Assembly: GCA_040954595.2 (NCBI GenBank)
Contig: CM082580.2
Location: 1,726,783 to 1,790,782, forward strand
DNA length: 64,000 nucleotides
Reading direction: 5' to 3'
Source: Balanoglossus misakiensis
Taxonomy: Eukaryota; Animalia; Hemichordata
This document shows, one piece after another, positions 12,756 through 25,327 of the stretch. The notes under the pieces were generated by a model. That model was not told the origin of the DNA, did not search any database, and saw only the letters and a program-made list of their open reading frames with translations. How positions within the stretch are numbered: the stretch's first letter is position 1; each line of letters starts with the position of its first letter. The position numbers and the translations under genes are program-made.

Positions 12756-15700
12756 TATTTACCGAATTCTGCTGTGATGCGCAGATCACATAGATAGGCC
12801 TATGTGCATAAGAAACTTTTCCACTAGACTCTGTAGATCGACGGATAGTTCTAAAATTTCCATGGTTGCATCCAAACAGCCTCGTTTATTTACCGATTTC
12901 TGTTGTGAGGCGCAGAACACGTGATAGGCCTATGCGCATAAGAAAGTTTTTTACTAGACTCTGCAGATCGACGGATAGTTCTAAAATTTCCATGGTTGCT
13001 TCCAAACACAGCCTCGTTTATTTCCAAATTCTGTTGTAATGCGCAGAACACATAAATAGGCCTATGCGCATAAGAACGTTTTCCACTAGACTCTATAGAT
13101 CGACGGATAGTTCTAAAATTTCCATGGTTGCTTCCAAACACAGCCTCGTTTGTTTACAAAATTCTGCAGTGATGCGCAGAACACATGATAGGCCTATGCG
13201 CATAAGAAACTTTTTCACTGTAGATCGACGGATAGTTCTAAAATTTCCATGGTTGATTCCAAACACAACCTCGTTTGTTTACAAAATTCTGTTGTAATGC
13301 GCAGAACACATAGCTAGGCCTATGCGCATAAGAAAGTTTTCCACTAGACTCTGTAGATCGAGAGATAGTTCTAAAATATACATGGTTGCCTCAAAACACA
13401 GCCTCGTTTGTTTACAAAATTCTGTTGTGATGCGCAGAACACATAGATAGGCCTATGCGCATAAGAACGTTTTCCACTAGACCTTTTAGATCGACGGATA
13501 GTTCTAAAATTTCCATGGTTGTTTCCAAACAGCCTCGTTTATTTACCGATTTCTGTTGTGAGGCTCTGAACACATAGATAGGCCTATGCGCATAAAAAAG
13601 TTTTCCACTAGACGCTGAAGGTCGACGGATAGTTCTAAAATTTCCATGGTTGCTTCCAAACAGCCTCGTTTATTTACCGATTTCTGTTGTGAGGCGCAGA
13701 ACACATGATAGGCCCATGCGCATAAGAAATTTTTCCACTAGACTCTGTAGATCGACGGATAGTTCTAAAATGTCCATGGTTGCTTCCAAACAAAGCCTCG
13801 TTTGTTTACAAAATTCTGTTGTGATGCGCAGAACACATATATAGGCCTATGCGCATATGAACGTTTCCCACTATACTCTGTAGATCGAGAGATAGTTCTA
13901 AAATTTCCATGTTTGCTTCCAAACAGCCTCGTTTATTTACGGAATTCTGTTTTGAGGCGCAGAACACATAGATAGGCATATGTGCATAAGAAAGTTTTCC
14001 ACTATAGACTCTGTAGATCGAGAGATAGTTCTAAAATTTCCATGGTTGCTTCCAAACACAGCCTCGTTTGTTTACAAAATTCTGTTGTGATGCGCAGAAC
14101 ACATATATAGGCCTATGCGCATAAGAACGTTTTCCACTAGACTCTGTAGATCGACGGATAGCTGTAAAATTTCCATGGTTGCTTCCAAACTGCCTCGTTT
14201 ATTTACCGATTTCTGTTGTGAGGCGCAGAACACATGATAGGCCTATGCGCATAAGACATTTTTCCACTAGACTCTGTAGATCGACGGATAGTTCTAAAAT
14301 TTCCATGGTTGCTTCCAAACAGCCTCGTTTATTTACCGAATTCTGTTGTGAGGCGCAGAACACGTAATAGACCTATGCGCATTAGAAAGTTTTCCACAAG
14401 ACTCTGTAGATCGACGGATAGATGTAAAATGTCCACGGTTGCTTCCAAATACAGCCTCGTTTATTTACCGATTTCTGTTGTGATGCGCATAACACATATA
14501 TAGGCCTATGCGCAAAAGAACGTTTTCCACTAGACTCTGTAGATCGACAGATAGCTGTAAAATTTCCATGTTTGCTTCCAAACAGCCTCGTTTATTTACG
14601 GAATTCTGTTGTGAGGCGCAGAACACGTAATAGGCCTATGCGCATTAGAAAGTTTTCCACAGGACTCTGTAGATCGACGGATAGTTGTAAAATGTCCATG
14701 GTTGCTTCCAAATACAGCCTCGTTTATTTACCGATTTCTGTTGTGATGCGCATAACATATATATAGGCCTATGCGCAAAAGAACGTTTTCCACTAGACTC
14801 TGTAGATCGACGGATAGCTGTAAAATTTCCATGTTTGCTTGCAAACAGCCTTGTTTATTTACGGAATTCTGTTTTGAGGCGCAGAACACATGATAGGCCT
14901 ATGCGCATACGACATTTTTCCACTAGACTCTGTAGATCGACGGATAGTTGTAAAATTTCCATGGTTGCTTCCAAACAACCTCGTTTGTTTACCGAATTCT
15001 GTTGTGATGCGCAGAACACATATATAGGCCTATGCGCATAAGAACGTTTTCCACTAGACTCTGTAGATCGACGGATAGTTGTAAAATGTTCATGGTTGCT
15101 TCCAAATACAGCCTCGTTTATTTACCGATTTCTGTTGTGATGCGCATAACACATAGATAGGCCTATGCGCATTATAACGTTTTCCACTAGACTCTGTAGA
15201 TCGACGGATAGTTGTAAAATTTCCATGGTTGCTTCCAAACAGCCTCGTTTATTTACCGAATTCTGTTGTTAGGCGCAGAACACGTTATAGGCCTATGCGC
15301 ATAAGAAAGTTTTCCACCAGACTCTGTAGATCGACGGATTTTTGTAAAATTTCCATGGTTGCTTCCAAACAGCCTCGTTTATTTACCGAATTCTGTTGTT
15401 AGGCGCAGAACACGTTATAGGCCTATGCGCATAAGAAAGTTTTCCACCAGACTCTGTAGATGGACTGATAGTTCTAAAATTTCCATGGTTGCTTCCAAAC
15501 AGCCTCGTTTATTTACCGAATTCTGTTGTGAGGCGCAGAACACATAGATAGGCATATGTGCATAAGAAAGTTTTCCACTATAGACTCTGTAGATCGAGAG
15601 ATAGTTCTAAAATGTCCATGGTTGCTACCAAACACAGCCTCGTTTGTTTACAAAATTCTGTTGTGATGCGCAGAACACATAGATAGGCCTATGCGCATAT

Positions 15701-17477
15701 GAACGTTTTCCACCATACACTGTAGATCGAGAGATAGTTCTAAAACTTCCATGTTTGCTTCCAAACAGCCTCGTTTATTTGCGGAATTCTGTTTTGAGGC
15801 GCAGAACACATAGATAGGCATATGTGAATAAGAAAGTTTTCCACTATAGACTCTGTAGATCGAGAGATAGTTGTAAAATTTCCATGGTTGCTTCCAAACA
15901 GCCTCGTTTATTTACCGATTTCTGTTGTGAGGCGCAGAACACATAGATAGGCCTATGCGCATAAAAAACTTTTCAACTTTAGATCAACGGATAGTTCTAA
16001 AATTTCCATGGTTGTTTCCAAACAGCCTCGTTTATTTACCGAATTCTGTTGTGATGCGTAGAACACATACATATGCCTATGCGCATAAGAAAGTTTTCCA
16101 CTAGACTCCGTAGATCGACGAATAGTTCTAAAATGTCCATGGTTGCTTCCAAACAAAGCCTGGTTTGTTTACAAAATTCTGTTGTGATGCGCAGAACACA
16201 TAGATAGGCCTATGCGCATATGAACGTTTTCCACTATACTCTGTAGATCGAGAGATAGTTCTAAAATTTCCATGTTTGCTTCCAAACAGCCTCGTTTATT
16301 TACGGAATTCTGTTTTGAGGCGCAGAACACATAGATAGGCATATGTGCATAAGAAAGTTTTCCACTATAGACTCTGTAGATCGAGAGATAGTTCTAAAAT
16401 GTCCATGGTTGCTTCCAAACACAGCCTCGTTTGTTTACAAAATTCTGTTGTGATGCGCAGAACACATATATAGGCCTATGCGCATAATAACGTTTTCCAC
16501 TAGACTCTGTAGATCGACGGATAGTTGTAAAATTTCCATGGTTGCTTCCAAACAGCCTCGTTTATTTACCGAATTCTGTTGTAAGGCACAGAACACATAG
16601 ATAGGCCTATGTGCATAAGAAAGTTTTCCACTATAGACTCTGTAGATCGAGAGATAGTTCTAAAATGTCCATGGTTGCTTCCAAACACAGCCTCGTTTGT
16701 TTACAAAATTCTGTTGTGATGCGCATAACACATAGATAGGCCTATGCGCATAATAACGTTTTCCACTAGACTCTGTAGATCGACGGATAGTTGTAAAATT
16801 TCCATGGTTGCTTCCAAACAGCCTCGTTTATTTATCGATTTCTGTTGTGAGGCGCAGAACACATGATATGCCTATGCGCATAAGACATTTTTCCACCAGA
16901 CTCTGTAGATCGACGGATAGTTGTAAAATTTCCATGATTGCTTCCAAACAGCCTCGTTTATTTACCGATTTCTGTTGTGATGCGCATAACACATAGATAG
17001 GCCTATGCGCATAAGAACGTTTTCCACTAGACTCTGTAGATCGACGGATAGTTCTAAAATTTCCATGGTTGCTTCCAAACAGCCTCGTTTATTTACCGAT
17101 TTCTGTTGTGAGGCGCAGAACACATGATAGGCCTATGTGCATAATAAAGTTTTCCACTAGACTGTGTAGATCGAGAGATAGTTCTAAAATTTCCATGGTT
17201 GCTTCCAAACACAGCCTCGTTTATTTACCGATTTCTGCTGTGATGCGCATAACACATAGATAGGCCTATGCGCATAAGAAAGTTTTCCACTAGACTCTGT
17301 AGATCGACGGATAGTTCTAAAATGTCCATGGTTGCTTCCAAACAAAGCCTCGTTTGTTTACAAAATTCTGTTGTGATGTGCATAACACATGATAGGGATA
17401 TGTGCATAAGAAAGTTTTCCACTATAGACTCTGTAGATCGAGAGATAGTTCTAAAATTTCCATGGTTGCTTCCAAAC
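12756..17477. repeat. ~131-bp satellite, block 2
   Basis: The same monomer resumes in register after the HINE and stops at ...gcttccaaac. Confidence 0.97.
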
Positions 17478-17769
17478 CTATAATATTTAAAGCCTCATAA
17501 CTCCGCTGTAGAATATGCCTATTGTTATAGGAGTGGGTCCGGGTTTTATGTTATGTTATGCGAAACTCCCTGCTTTATGGATGAACAACTTTTCCTATTT
17601 CCCACCCAATCCTTCAATACCCATACACACCCACTCCTACACCCATAATATATATGAAAGCACGTGTCAATTTTAAAATATGAACTTTATTCTTGGTACG
17701 ATTATGTACAGAAATCAAGCCCCATACATCTGTAAATTAGGTTATTGTGCCATTAAGGAGCGGACTGGT

Positions 17770-19025
17770 TTAGAATGCCATAGTGAAGTCTGTTAGATCA
17801 TTCGCCTGTTCGTAGTTTCGCGTCAGGATCTCTCCTGCATCAGTCACCTCTTTTAACTTCTGGGCTGGTCCTTGGGCCGCTGACACAGAAGATAGTTTGG
17901 TGTAATGATTGGCTGTATCTTCTGAACGCCAACCTATGTGACGCATAAGCTCACTCAACAACACCCCCGCCAAGGATAATGTGATCGCACATGCGCTTCT
18001 GAGACTGTGTGGTGTTTCCCCTCTATCCATGTTTAGCTCCTGTAGGTACAATTTGAGGCGACTGTACGCTGTTTGGGATGATAGAGGGCGTTGCTCGACT
18101 TCACCGCTCGGGGTTGTTGGCCGAAATAGATTACCTCTGCACAAGTTTACCCCAATCCTTTCCGCCAATGTGATGTATTGTTCTACAGCGTGTACTGGGC
18201 AAATATCCACATCTTTACATCGTTTAAGGGCAAACATATTTGAAGATGCGCCTCTCAAAGTTTTTCCATAGGTGTGATTGAAAATGAAGCCGCAGTTGTC
18301 TGGAAAACGTAGAATTTCTTGTGTTTTTACATGCCCCAGATCACCCGCCCTGTCGCCGGAAAATGCAAGTAGTTTAAAGAACGCTAAATCCCTGGCCAGT
18401 ATGTAAATTTGGGCGAGCGATCTTGCTACGTCTACCTTACTTAATACGTGGTTGAATATACGTTTCATTTTTTCTAGAAACAGTGGTTTAGCTTGTCTAG
18501 GGGTAATATGTGCTCTGGCTTGTTCTTCCGATATTTTTTTACGTACCTAAGTACCATCGTGGATTTTGCCGGGTTTGCATTATTCGACACTGAGTTGAAA
18601 CAGACGCCGAGTTTTGAAACCATGTTTTTTATTGTACTTGATTTCAGTCGTCTGGGGCAATGACACGGCATTGTGCCTGTCCTTCCATAAAAGTCACAAG
18701 TATCAACGTGTATTTGCGTTTTAGCGTCTTTATCCTTGTATATTAGGAATCTGACGACATCCTCAGGTTTTGCCGTTATGAAATTGGTAGTTGGTGATGT
18801 AGCGGCTAGAAACTGCTCGAACTGCTGTATGAGTCTGTCCTGTATTTCGTATAGTGATCTTTGACCGAGAACCTCATGCATGCGTCGGTTTATAGCCTGG
18901 ATATCCGGCGGACTACCCTTCTTGTGACCCGTGTGTGGGGTTGTGAGAGAGACTAGGGTAGTAGAACATACATCACATTCAGTATTGGTGGTCTTGCTTG
19001 TAGTGCCACATATATAGCATATCAT
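17770..19025 (-). CDS. Tyrosine recombinase with N-terminal Zn-ribbon and ALOG-like domain; split by a 1-bp loss in an A7 run at 18534-18540
   Basis: Catalytic-type motifs GDRAGDL, GKT, HSLR, HIGWRSEDTANHY. N-terminal CxxC...CxxC, then KTQIHxxxCxFYG...CxCPRRL...NPA. Adding one A joins the two ORFs as YVKKISEEQARAHITPRQAKPLFLEKMKR. Confidence 0.9.
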
Positions 19026-19140
19026 CTGCTGGGAGACAAAGGAAATACTATTGTAGTTTAGATGCGATATTGAGCCTAATATTGTCACATATGGATGCCA
19101 TTGTGTCGAAATGTATTTGTACATTATAATTACTGGGAAT

Positions 19141-21320
19141 TTAAGTGCTGGGTTTGAAAATCACTGCATATATTCGCAGCGAAGTAGAAATTCATTGTAA
19201 CCATTTCGCGATGGCGCTTGAATGACCCCTTCTTCTCCCTTTTTACCAATTAGATTCGTGTGTGTTGCTTTTTGACGTATCAGTGGCCAGAACGGCTCCA
19301 AGAAGCGCCCTCTTGGGACTATGACTGTGGCTGTATACCGTTTATCTACGATGTGTCGGAGGACCGCATGCACCAATGGAAATGGCGGGTAGATATATAA
19401 GGTTTCCTGCCTAGAAAATGTGTGCTGGAAAAAGTTGACACCTTCACTTCTGGTTTGCTGAAATGGGGAGACGAACCGTGTTAGTTTTGCATTTGAGCTG
19501 TTTGCCATTGCATCAACGTGGTGTGGGCCAAATTTCTCTTCCAGTAATTGCCACGCACGTGGAGACAGACTTGAATTCTTTAGTGAGATATCGCGAGATG
19601 CTCCATCAGCTTCGTTTTCTGCGGATCTGACATGTATTAGCTTCAGTGTGACGTTGTTGTCCACGCAAAAACGGAATATTTTCCTGATAATTTCGTTGAG
19701 GGCGTTCGATTTGGTGCCTGGGACTCCATTTGACCATACCTGGACCAGTGTCATAGAATCCACGTGTACATCGAGCCGCGTGCTCTTAACAGATCCCTGG
19801 AATGCGATCAGTGCTCGAGACAGTGCTTCCGCCTCCTTCAGGACGATTGGGTTTTGTCTCCATACTGTCTCCCACATATCACTGACAGTGGTATCCGTGG
19901 CTTCTGTGTCCGATCTATGTAATACAGCACCCCATTTGTAAGAACTGGCGTCTGTAGACATGGTTACCCGGACATGGTTTTCAGTTGGCCAACGGAATGT
20001 CCTTGGGGTTGTGACCACTTGTACCCACTCTTGCAATTCTTCTCTGAGTGGGCCTTTGATTGGCACCATGTACTTTGCCTGTTTATTGGCGGCAGCAATT
20101 GAGTGTGCCATCTGACGGATATATAGACGAGCACACGGGATAGCAAGGGAGAACGAGACACACTTTCCCATGATCCTTTGTAGGGATGATAATGGAGCGA
20201 TACGACCGTCCAATACTTGGTTAACTAGCGTTATAAAAGTATGCCTCTTCTCGTCGGGTATTGAGAATGCGTTGGCTACTGTGTCGACGGTCATACCCAG
20301 CATAATTAGAGACTGTGTTGGTCTGAGGACGCTCTTATCTAAAGATATAAAATATCCCGCATCTATACATAACTTGATTAATATATAGGCCGCAGCTTCA
20401 GTGAGTTGGTACCTGGTCCATTCGTTGTCGGTAGTTGCTTGTGGTAAGCATAGTGCGCCCACATGTCTGTCGTCGATGTACTGTATACATGGTACGCCAA
20501 GAGACCTCGCATAGCTGGTAATACAGTATCCCACGTTCTGGTATATGAAGGCGGATAATTTCCATCCAAACGGTAGAGTGTTGTTCACATACCAGGATCC
20601 CGCCCACTGGAAACCAACGTAACGTCTTTCGTCCTCTGCCAGTAGGATGTGATCGTATCCGCTCTTGTCATCGCATTTTATTTGATAATCACACGATTGC
20701 AGATATTTTGAAACTTCTATCAGCTTATCCAATTTAAAAGGCATGTCCTTCATCCAAAGGTTGAGAAATCTCATATCGATACATAGACGAGGCTTTTGGG
20801 GTTCAATTGTGATGGGCATAACTATATGAGGGGGAGGGGCACACCCTACTCTGCCCCACACCGAAATGGCTCCAGACTTGATTCTATCTTGCAGGGTATG
20901 AGCAATAAATTCTCCGAATTTACTACAATTCGGGTTGTTGTAAAATAACTTGTGAGGGGGTGTATCGTGATCGTATTCGACTCCTTTAAATTGTCCCGAA
21001 AAGTGACGAGTGTAATCCGAGATTTTGACCTTCTCCCGCAACCAGGACATAACTAAGTCTTTGTTGTCTAGCCCATTTGTGATGCAATCCCATTCTTGAA
21101 GATGTTGATGGACTTCACCAGCCTTAAATTCAGCTGCATTTCTATAATTTAACTCTTGGGGGCGGGACAGGGTTCTTCCTAAGGCGACCTCTTCGACAGC
21201 TGGATTCCCTCCCATCACTTCCTGTCTGGGGGCGCCCTCCCATGATACCCATGAATACGAGACACGTCCACCACTTGCTTGATGAACGGGGTAGTTCAGT
21301 TCCCACTGTGGGGTCAAAAA
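19141..21320 (-). CDS. Pol: reverse transcriptase + RNase H + Dam-like adenine methyltransferase domain
   Basis: RT: KPRLCIDMRFLN, DDKSGYDHI, LPFGW, YIDD. RNase H: TDAS...KEAEAL...VDS...NEADGASR. MTase: VDAMA...N...YIYPPF. The track ORF ends at 19161; a 1-bp shift near 19172 would extend it to ...CELYAVIFKPST* (19141). Confidence 0.93.
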
Positions 21321-21356
21321 CTGAAACAAAAGGAAAACAGCAAAGCTTAGGACACT

Positions 21357-21388
<32 letters not shown>

Positions 21389-21599
21389 GACCCCCCAGAC
21401 AGGACCCTGCGAAGGCAGGTTGCTTTTAAAGGGATAGGGCTGTTATTGTTAGCCCCCCTGTCCGAAGGGAAAGGAAAATAAACTACACAAACACTGAGAT
21501 TACAGAGTCATATTATTTATTTTATTTTATTTATTTATTTTTTTTTTGCAATATTTCAATGCATCATCGGAAAAGTTATACGATTATCAGTACAATACA

Positions 21600-22130
21600 T
21601 TATTTTTTGTCGGGGCAGTCCCTCGCAATGTGCCCCAACTTCGCACATACAAAGCATTTAATTCCGGATTGCCCAGCCGAATTTCTTGGTTGCTCTCTTC
21701 TATAGTAGGGAGAATACGGTGTGCGGGTATATGATGTACGAAGTGGATAGGGCATATATCGTCGCGATTCATATTGAGAGAACTGATTAGATGAGCCAGA
21801 GTGTTTCATAAACTTGTACACTTTTGAAGCTATTTCTTCCTCTTCTTTATTTCCCAATAATAGAATAATTAATCTCCCCGCATCTTCCTCGAAATCGGTA
21901 GATTCAAACTGGGAGAGCACCGCTCGAAAACGCTGCAATTTTGGATGTGCGGTGGCTGTCGCTCTGTCGACCAGTGCCCTCAAAGCATTAAGTAGTTGGG
22001 TTCGGGATACGACTGCTGGATTGTGGGCCATATCCATTAGCTTTTGTAAAGCCTCTTCGACAGATGCTGTCCCAGCATTCTTTTCCAATAAGAGTAGTTT
22101 CTGTTTCAGCTCCAATAGCTGTTCCTTCAC
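21600..22130 (-). CDS. Gag-like protein, exon 2 (coiled coil + CCHC zinc knuckle)
   Basis: C-terminal CFVCAKLGHIARDC. No in-frame ATG at the 5' end; the ORF starts exactly after tttgtattgtAG (22132-22131). Confidence 0.85.
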   Translation of the reverse strand: MKEQLLELKQKLLLLEKNAGTASVEEALQKLMDMAHNPAVVSRTQLLNALRALVDRATATAHPKLQRFRAVLSQFESTDFEEDAGRLIILLLGNKEEEEIASKVYKFMKHSGSSNQFSQYESRRYMPYPLRTSYTRTPYSPYYRREQPRNSAGQSGIKCFVCAKLGHIARDCPDKK

Positions 22131-22357
22131 CTACAATACAAACACCGTTTTGTAATGAGTACATCACAGTAACACTAACGCCCATGTACAAAGGTTAACA
22201 TTATTTTGAATCAATTCTCCTTCCTTTCAGAGCCTCGTACCTTCATTTCATTATGAGCCTCATTGCTTCATTATTGTTATTTTGTATACAAATACATTTT
22301 TTTAAAACAATCTCGTTGCTAGGTTTCATAATCAAAGCCTCGCTGCTTTAAATTCAT

Positions 22358-25056
22358 AACCGAGCTTCACTGCTCTATTTCAATATCCGAGCTTCACTGC
22401 TCTAATTCAATAACCGAGCTTCACTGCTCTATTTCAATAACCGAGCTCCACTGCTCTATTTCAATAACCGAGCTTCACTGCTCTATTTCAATAACCGAGC
22501 TCCACTGCTCTAATTCAATAACCGAGCTTCACTGCTCTATTTCAATAACCGAGCTCCACTGCTCTATTTCAATAACCGAGCTTCACTGCTCTATTTCAAT
22601 AACCGAGCTTCACTGCTCTATTTCAATAACCGAGCTCCACTGCTCTATTTCAATAACCGAGCTTCACTGCTCTATTTCAATAACCGAGCTTCACTGCTCT
22701 ATTTCAATAACCGAGCTCCACTGCTCTATTTCAATAACCGAGCTCCACTGCTCTATTTCAATAACCGAGCTCCACTGCTCTAATTCAATAACCGAGCTTC
22801 ACTGCTCTATTTCAATAACCGAGCTCCACTGCTCTATTTCAATAACCGAGCTTCACTGCTCTATTTCAATAACCGAGCTCCACTGCTCTAATTCAATAAC
22901 CGAGCTTCACTGCTCTATTTCAATAACCGAGCTCCACTGCTCTAATTCAATAACCGAGCTTCACTGCTCTATTTCAATAACCGAGCTCCACTGCTCTATT
23001 TCAATAACCGAGCTTCACTGCTCTATTTCAATAACCGAGCCCCACTGCTCTAATTCAATAACCGAGCTTCACTGCTCTATTTCAATAACCGAGCTCCACT
23101 GCTCTATTTCAATAACCGAGCTTCACTGCTCTATTTCAATAACCGAGCTTCACTGCTCTATTTCAATAACCGAGCTCCACTGCTCTAATTCAATAACCGA
23201 GCTCCACAGCTCTAATTGAATAACCGAGCTTCACTGCTCTATTTCAATAACCGAGCTCCACTGCTCTATTTCAATAACCGAGCTTCACTGCTCTATTTCA
23301 ATAACCGAGCTCCACTGCTCTAATTCAATAACCGAGCTTCACTGCTCTATTTCAATAACCGAGCTCCACTGCTCTAATTCAATAACCGAGCTTCACTGCT
23401 CTATTTCAATAACCGAGCTCCACTGCTCTAATTCAATAACCGAGCTTCACTGCTCTATTTCAATAACCGAGCTCCACTGCTCTATTTCAATAACCGAGCT
23501 TCACTGCTCTATTTCAATAACCGAGCTCCACTGCTCTAATTCAATAACCGAGCTTCACTGCTCTATTTCAATAACCGAGCTCCACTGCTCTATTTCAATA
23601 ACCGAGTTTCACTGCTCTATTTCAATAACCGAGCTCCACTGCTCTAATTCAATAACCGAGCTTCACTGCTCTATTTCAATAACCGAGCTCCACTGCTCTA
23701 ATTCAATAACCGAGCTTCACTGCTCTATTTCAATAACCGAGCTCCACTGCTCTAATTCAATAACCGAGCTTCACTGCTCTATTTCAATAACCGAGCTCCA
23801 CTGCTCTAATTCAATAACCGAGCTTCACTGCTCTATTTCAATAACCGAGCTCCACTGCTCTATTTCAATAACCGAGCTTCACTGCTCTAATTCAATAACC
23901 GAGCTTCACTGCTCTATTTCAATAACCGAGCTCCACTGCTCTATTTCAATAACCGAGCTCCACTGCTCTATTTCAATAACCGAGCTCCACTGCTCTAATT
24001 CAATAACCGAGCTCCACTGCTCTATTTCAATAACCGAGCTCCACTGCTCTAATTCAATAACCGAGCTTCACTGCTCTATTTCAATAACCGAGCTTCACTG
24101 CTCTATTTCAATAACCGAGCTCCACTGCTCTAATTCAATAACCGAGCTTCACTGCTCTATTTCAATAACCGAGCTCCACTGCTCTATTTCAATAACCGAG
24201 CTTCACTGCTCTATTTCAATAACCGAGCTCCACTGCTCTATTTCAATAACCGAGCTTCACTGCTCTATTTCAATAACCGAGCTCCACTGCTCTAATTCAA
24301 TAACCGAGCTCCACTGCTCTATTTCAATAACCGAGCTTCACTGCTCTATTTCAATAACCGAGCTCCACGGCTCTATTTCAATAACCGAGCTTCACTGCTC
24401 TATTTCAATAACCGAGCTCCACTGCTCTAATTCAATAACCGAGCTTCACTGCTCTATTTCAATAACCGAGCTCCACTGCTCTAATTCAATAACCGAGCTT
24501 CACTGCTCTATTTCAATAACCGAGCTTCACTGCTCTATTTCAATAACCAAGCTCCACTGCTCTATTTCAATAACCGAGCTCCACTGCTCTATTTCAATAA
24601 CCGTGCTTCACTGCTCTATTTCAATAACCGAGCTCCACTGCTCTAATTCAATAACCGAGCTTCACTGCTCTATTTCAATAACCGAGCTCCACGGCTCTAA
24701 TTCAATAACCGAGCTCCACTGCTCTATTTCAATAACCGAGCTTCACTGCTCTATTTCAATAACCAAGCTCCACTGCTCTAATTCAATAACCGAGCTTCAC
24801 TGCTCTATTTCAATAACCGAGCTCCACTGCTCTATTTCAATAACCGAGCTTCACTGCTCTATTTCAATAACCGAGCTCCACTGCTCTAATTCAATAACCG
24901 AGCTTCACTGCTCTATTTCAATAACCGAGCTCCACTGCTCTATCTCAATAACCGAGCTTCACTGCTCTATTTCGATAACCGAGCTTCACTGCTCTATTTC
25001 AATAACCGAGCTTCACTGCTCTATTTCAATAACCGAGCCCCAATGCTCTATTTCAT
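22358..25056. repeat. 27-bp minisatellite (ccgagctYcactgctctaWttcaataa), ~100 copies, inside the retroelement
   Basis: Read directly; highly homogeneous with two main dimorphic positions; degenerate units at both edges. Confidence 0.98.
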
Positions 25057-25327
25057 AAAACTGGGCCGCATTGTTCTATCGAAAATGTACAGGCACCTGG
25101 CAGTGGGGCCATGTCACGGTTTTCCACTCCATGCATATTCAATGAGGATACAAACATTCACATTGGGGGCAGGTGGCATGCAGGAATTCAACAGGTGTAC
25201 GCTGTAGTATAATGGGCGTCGAGAAAACCCGTTAACAAAGTAATGGGGCATGCCGAATGAAACGTACAAATCTAGACATCGGAATGAACAATAAATAAGG
25301 TGTACACGAGAAAGGATTTATATGTAC

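Noticed and set aside
17981-22155. Plus-strand ORFs overlapping YR, pol and gag (17981, 19648, 20170, 21814)
   Set aside because: Antisense shadows of the real minus-strand ORFs, with no motifs of their own.
22358-25058. (ITELHCSIS)n repeat protein, or a CRISPR array
   Set aside because: The open frame is antisense to the element, has no ATG and is broken by a TGA at ~23217. There are no unique spacers and no cas genes, so it is not CRISPR.
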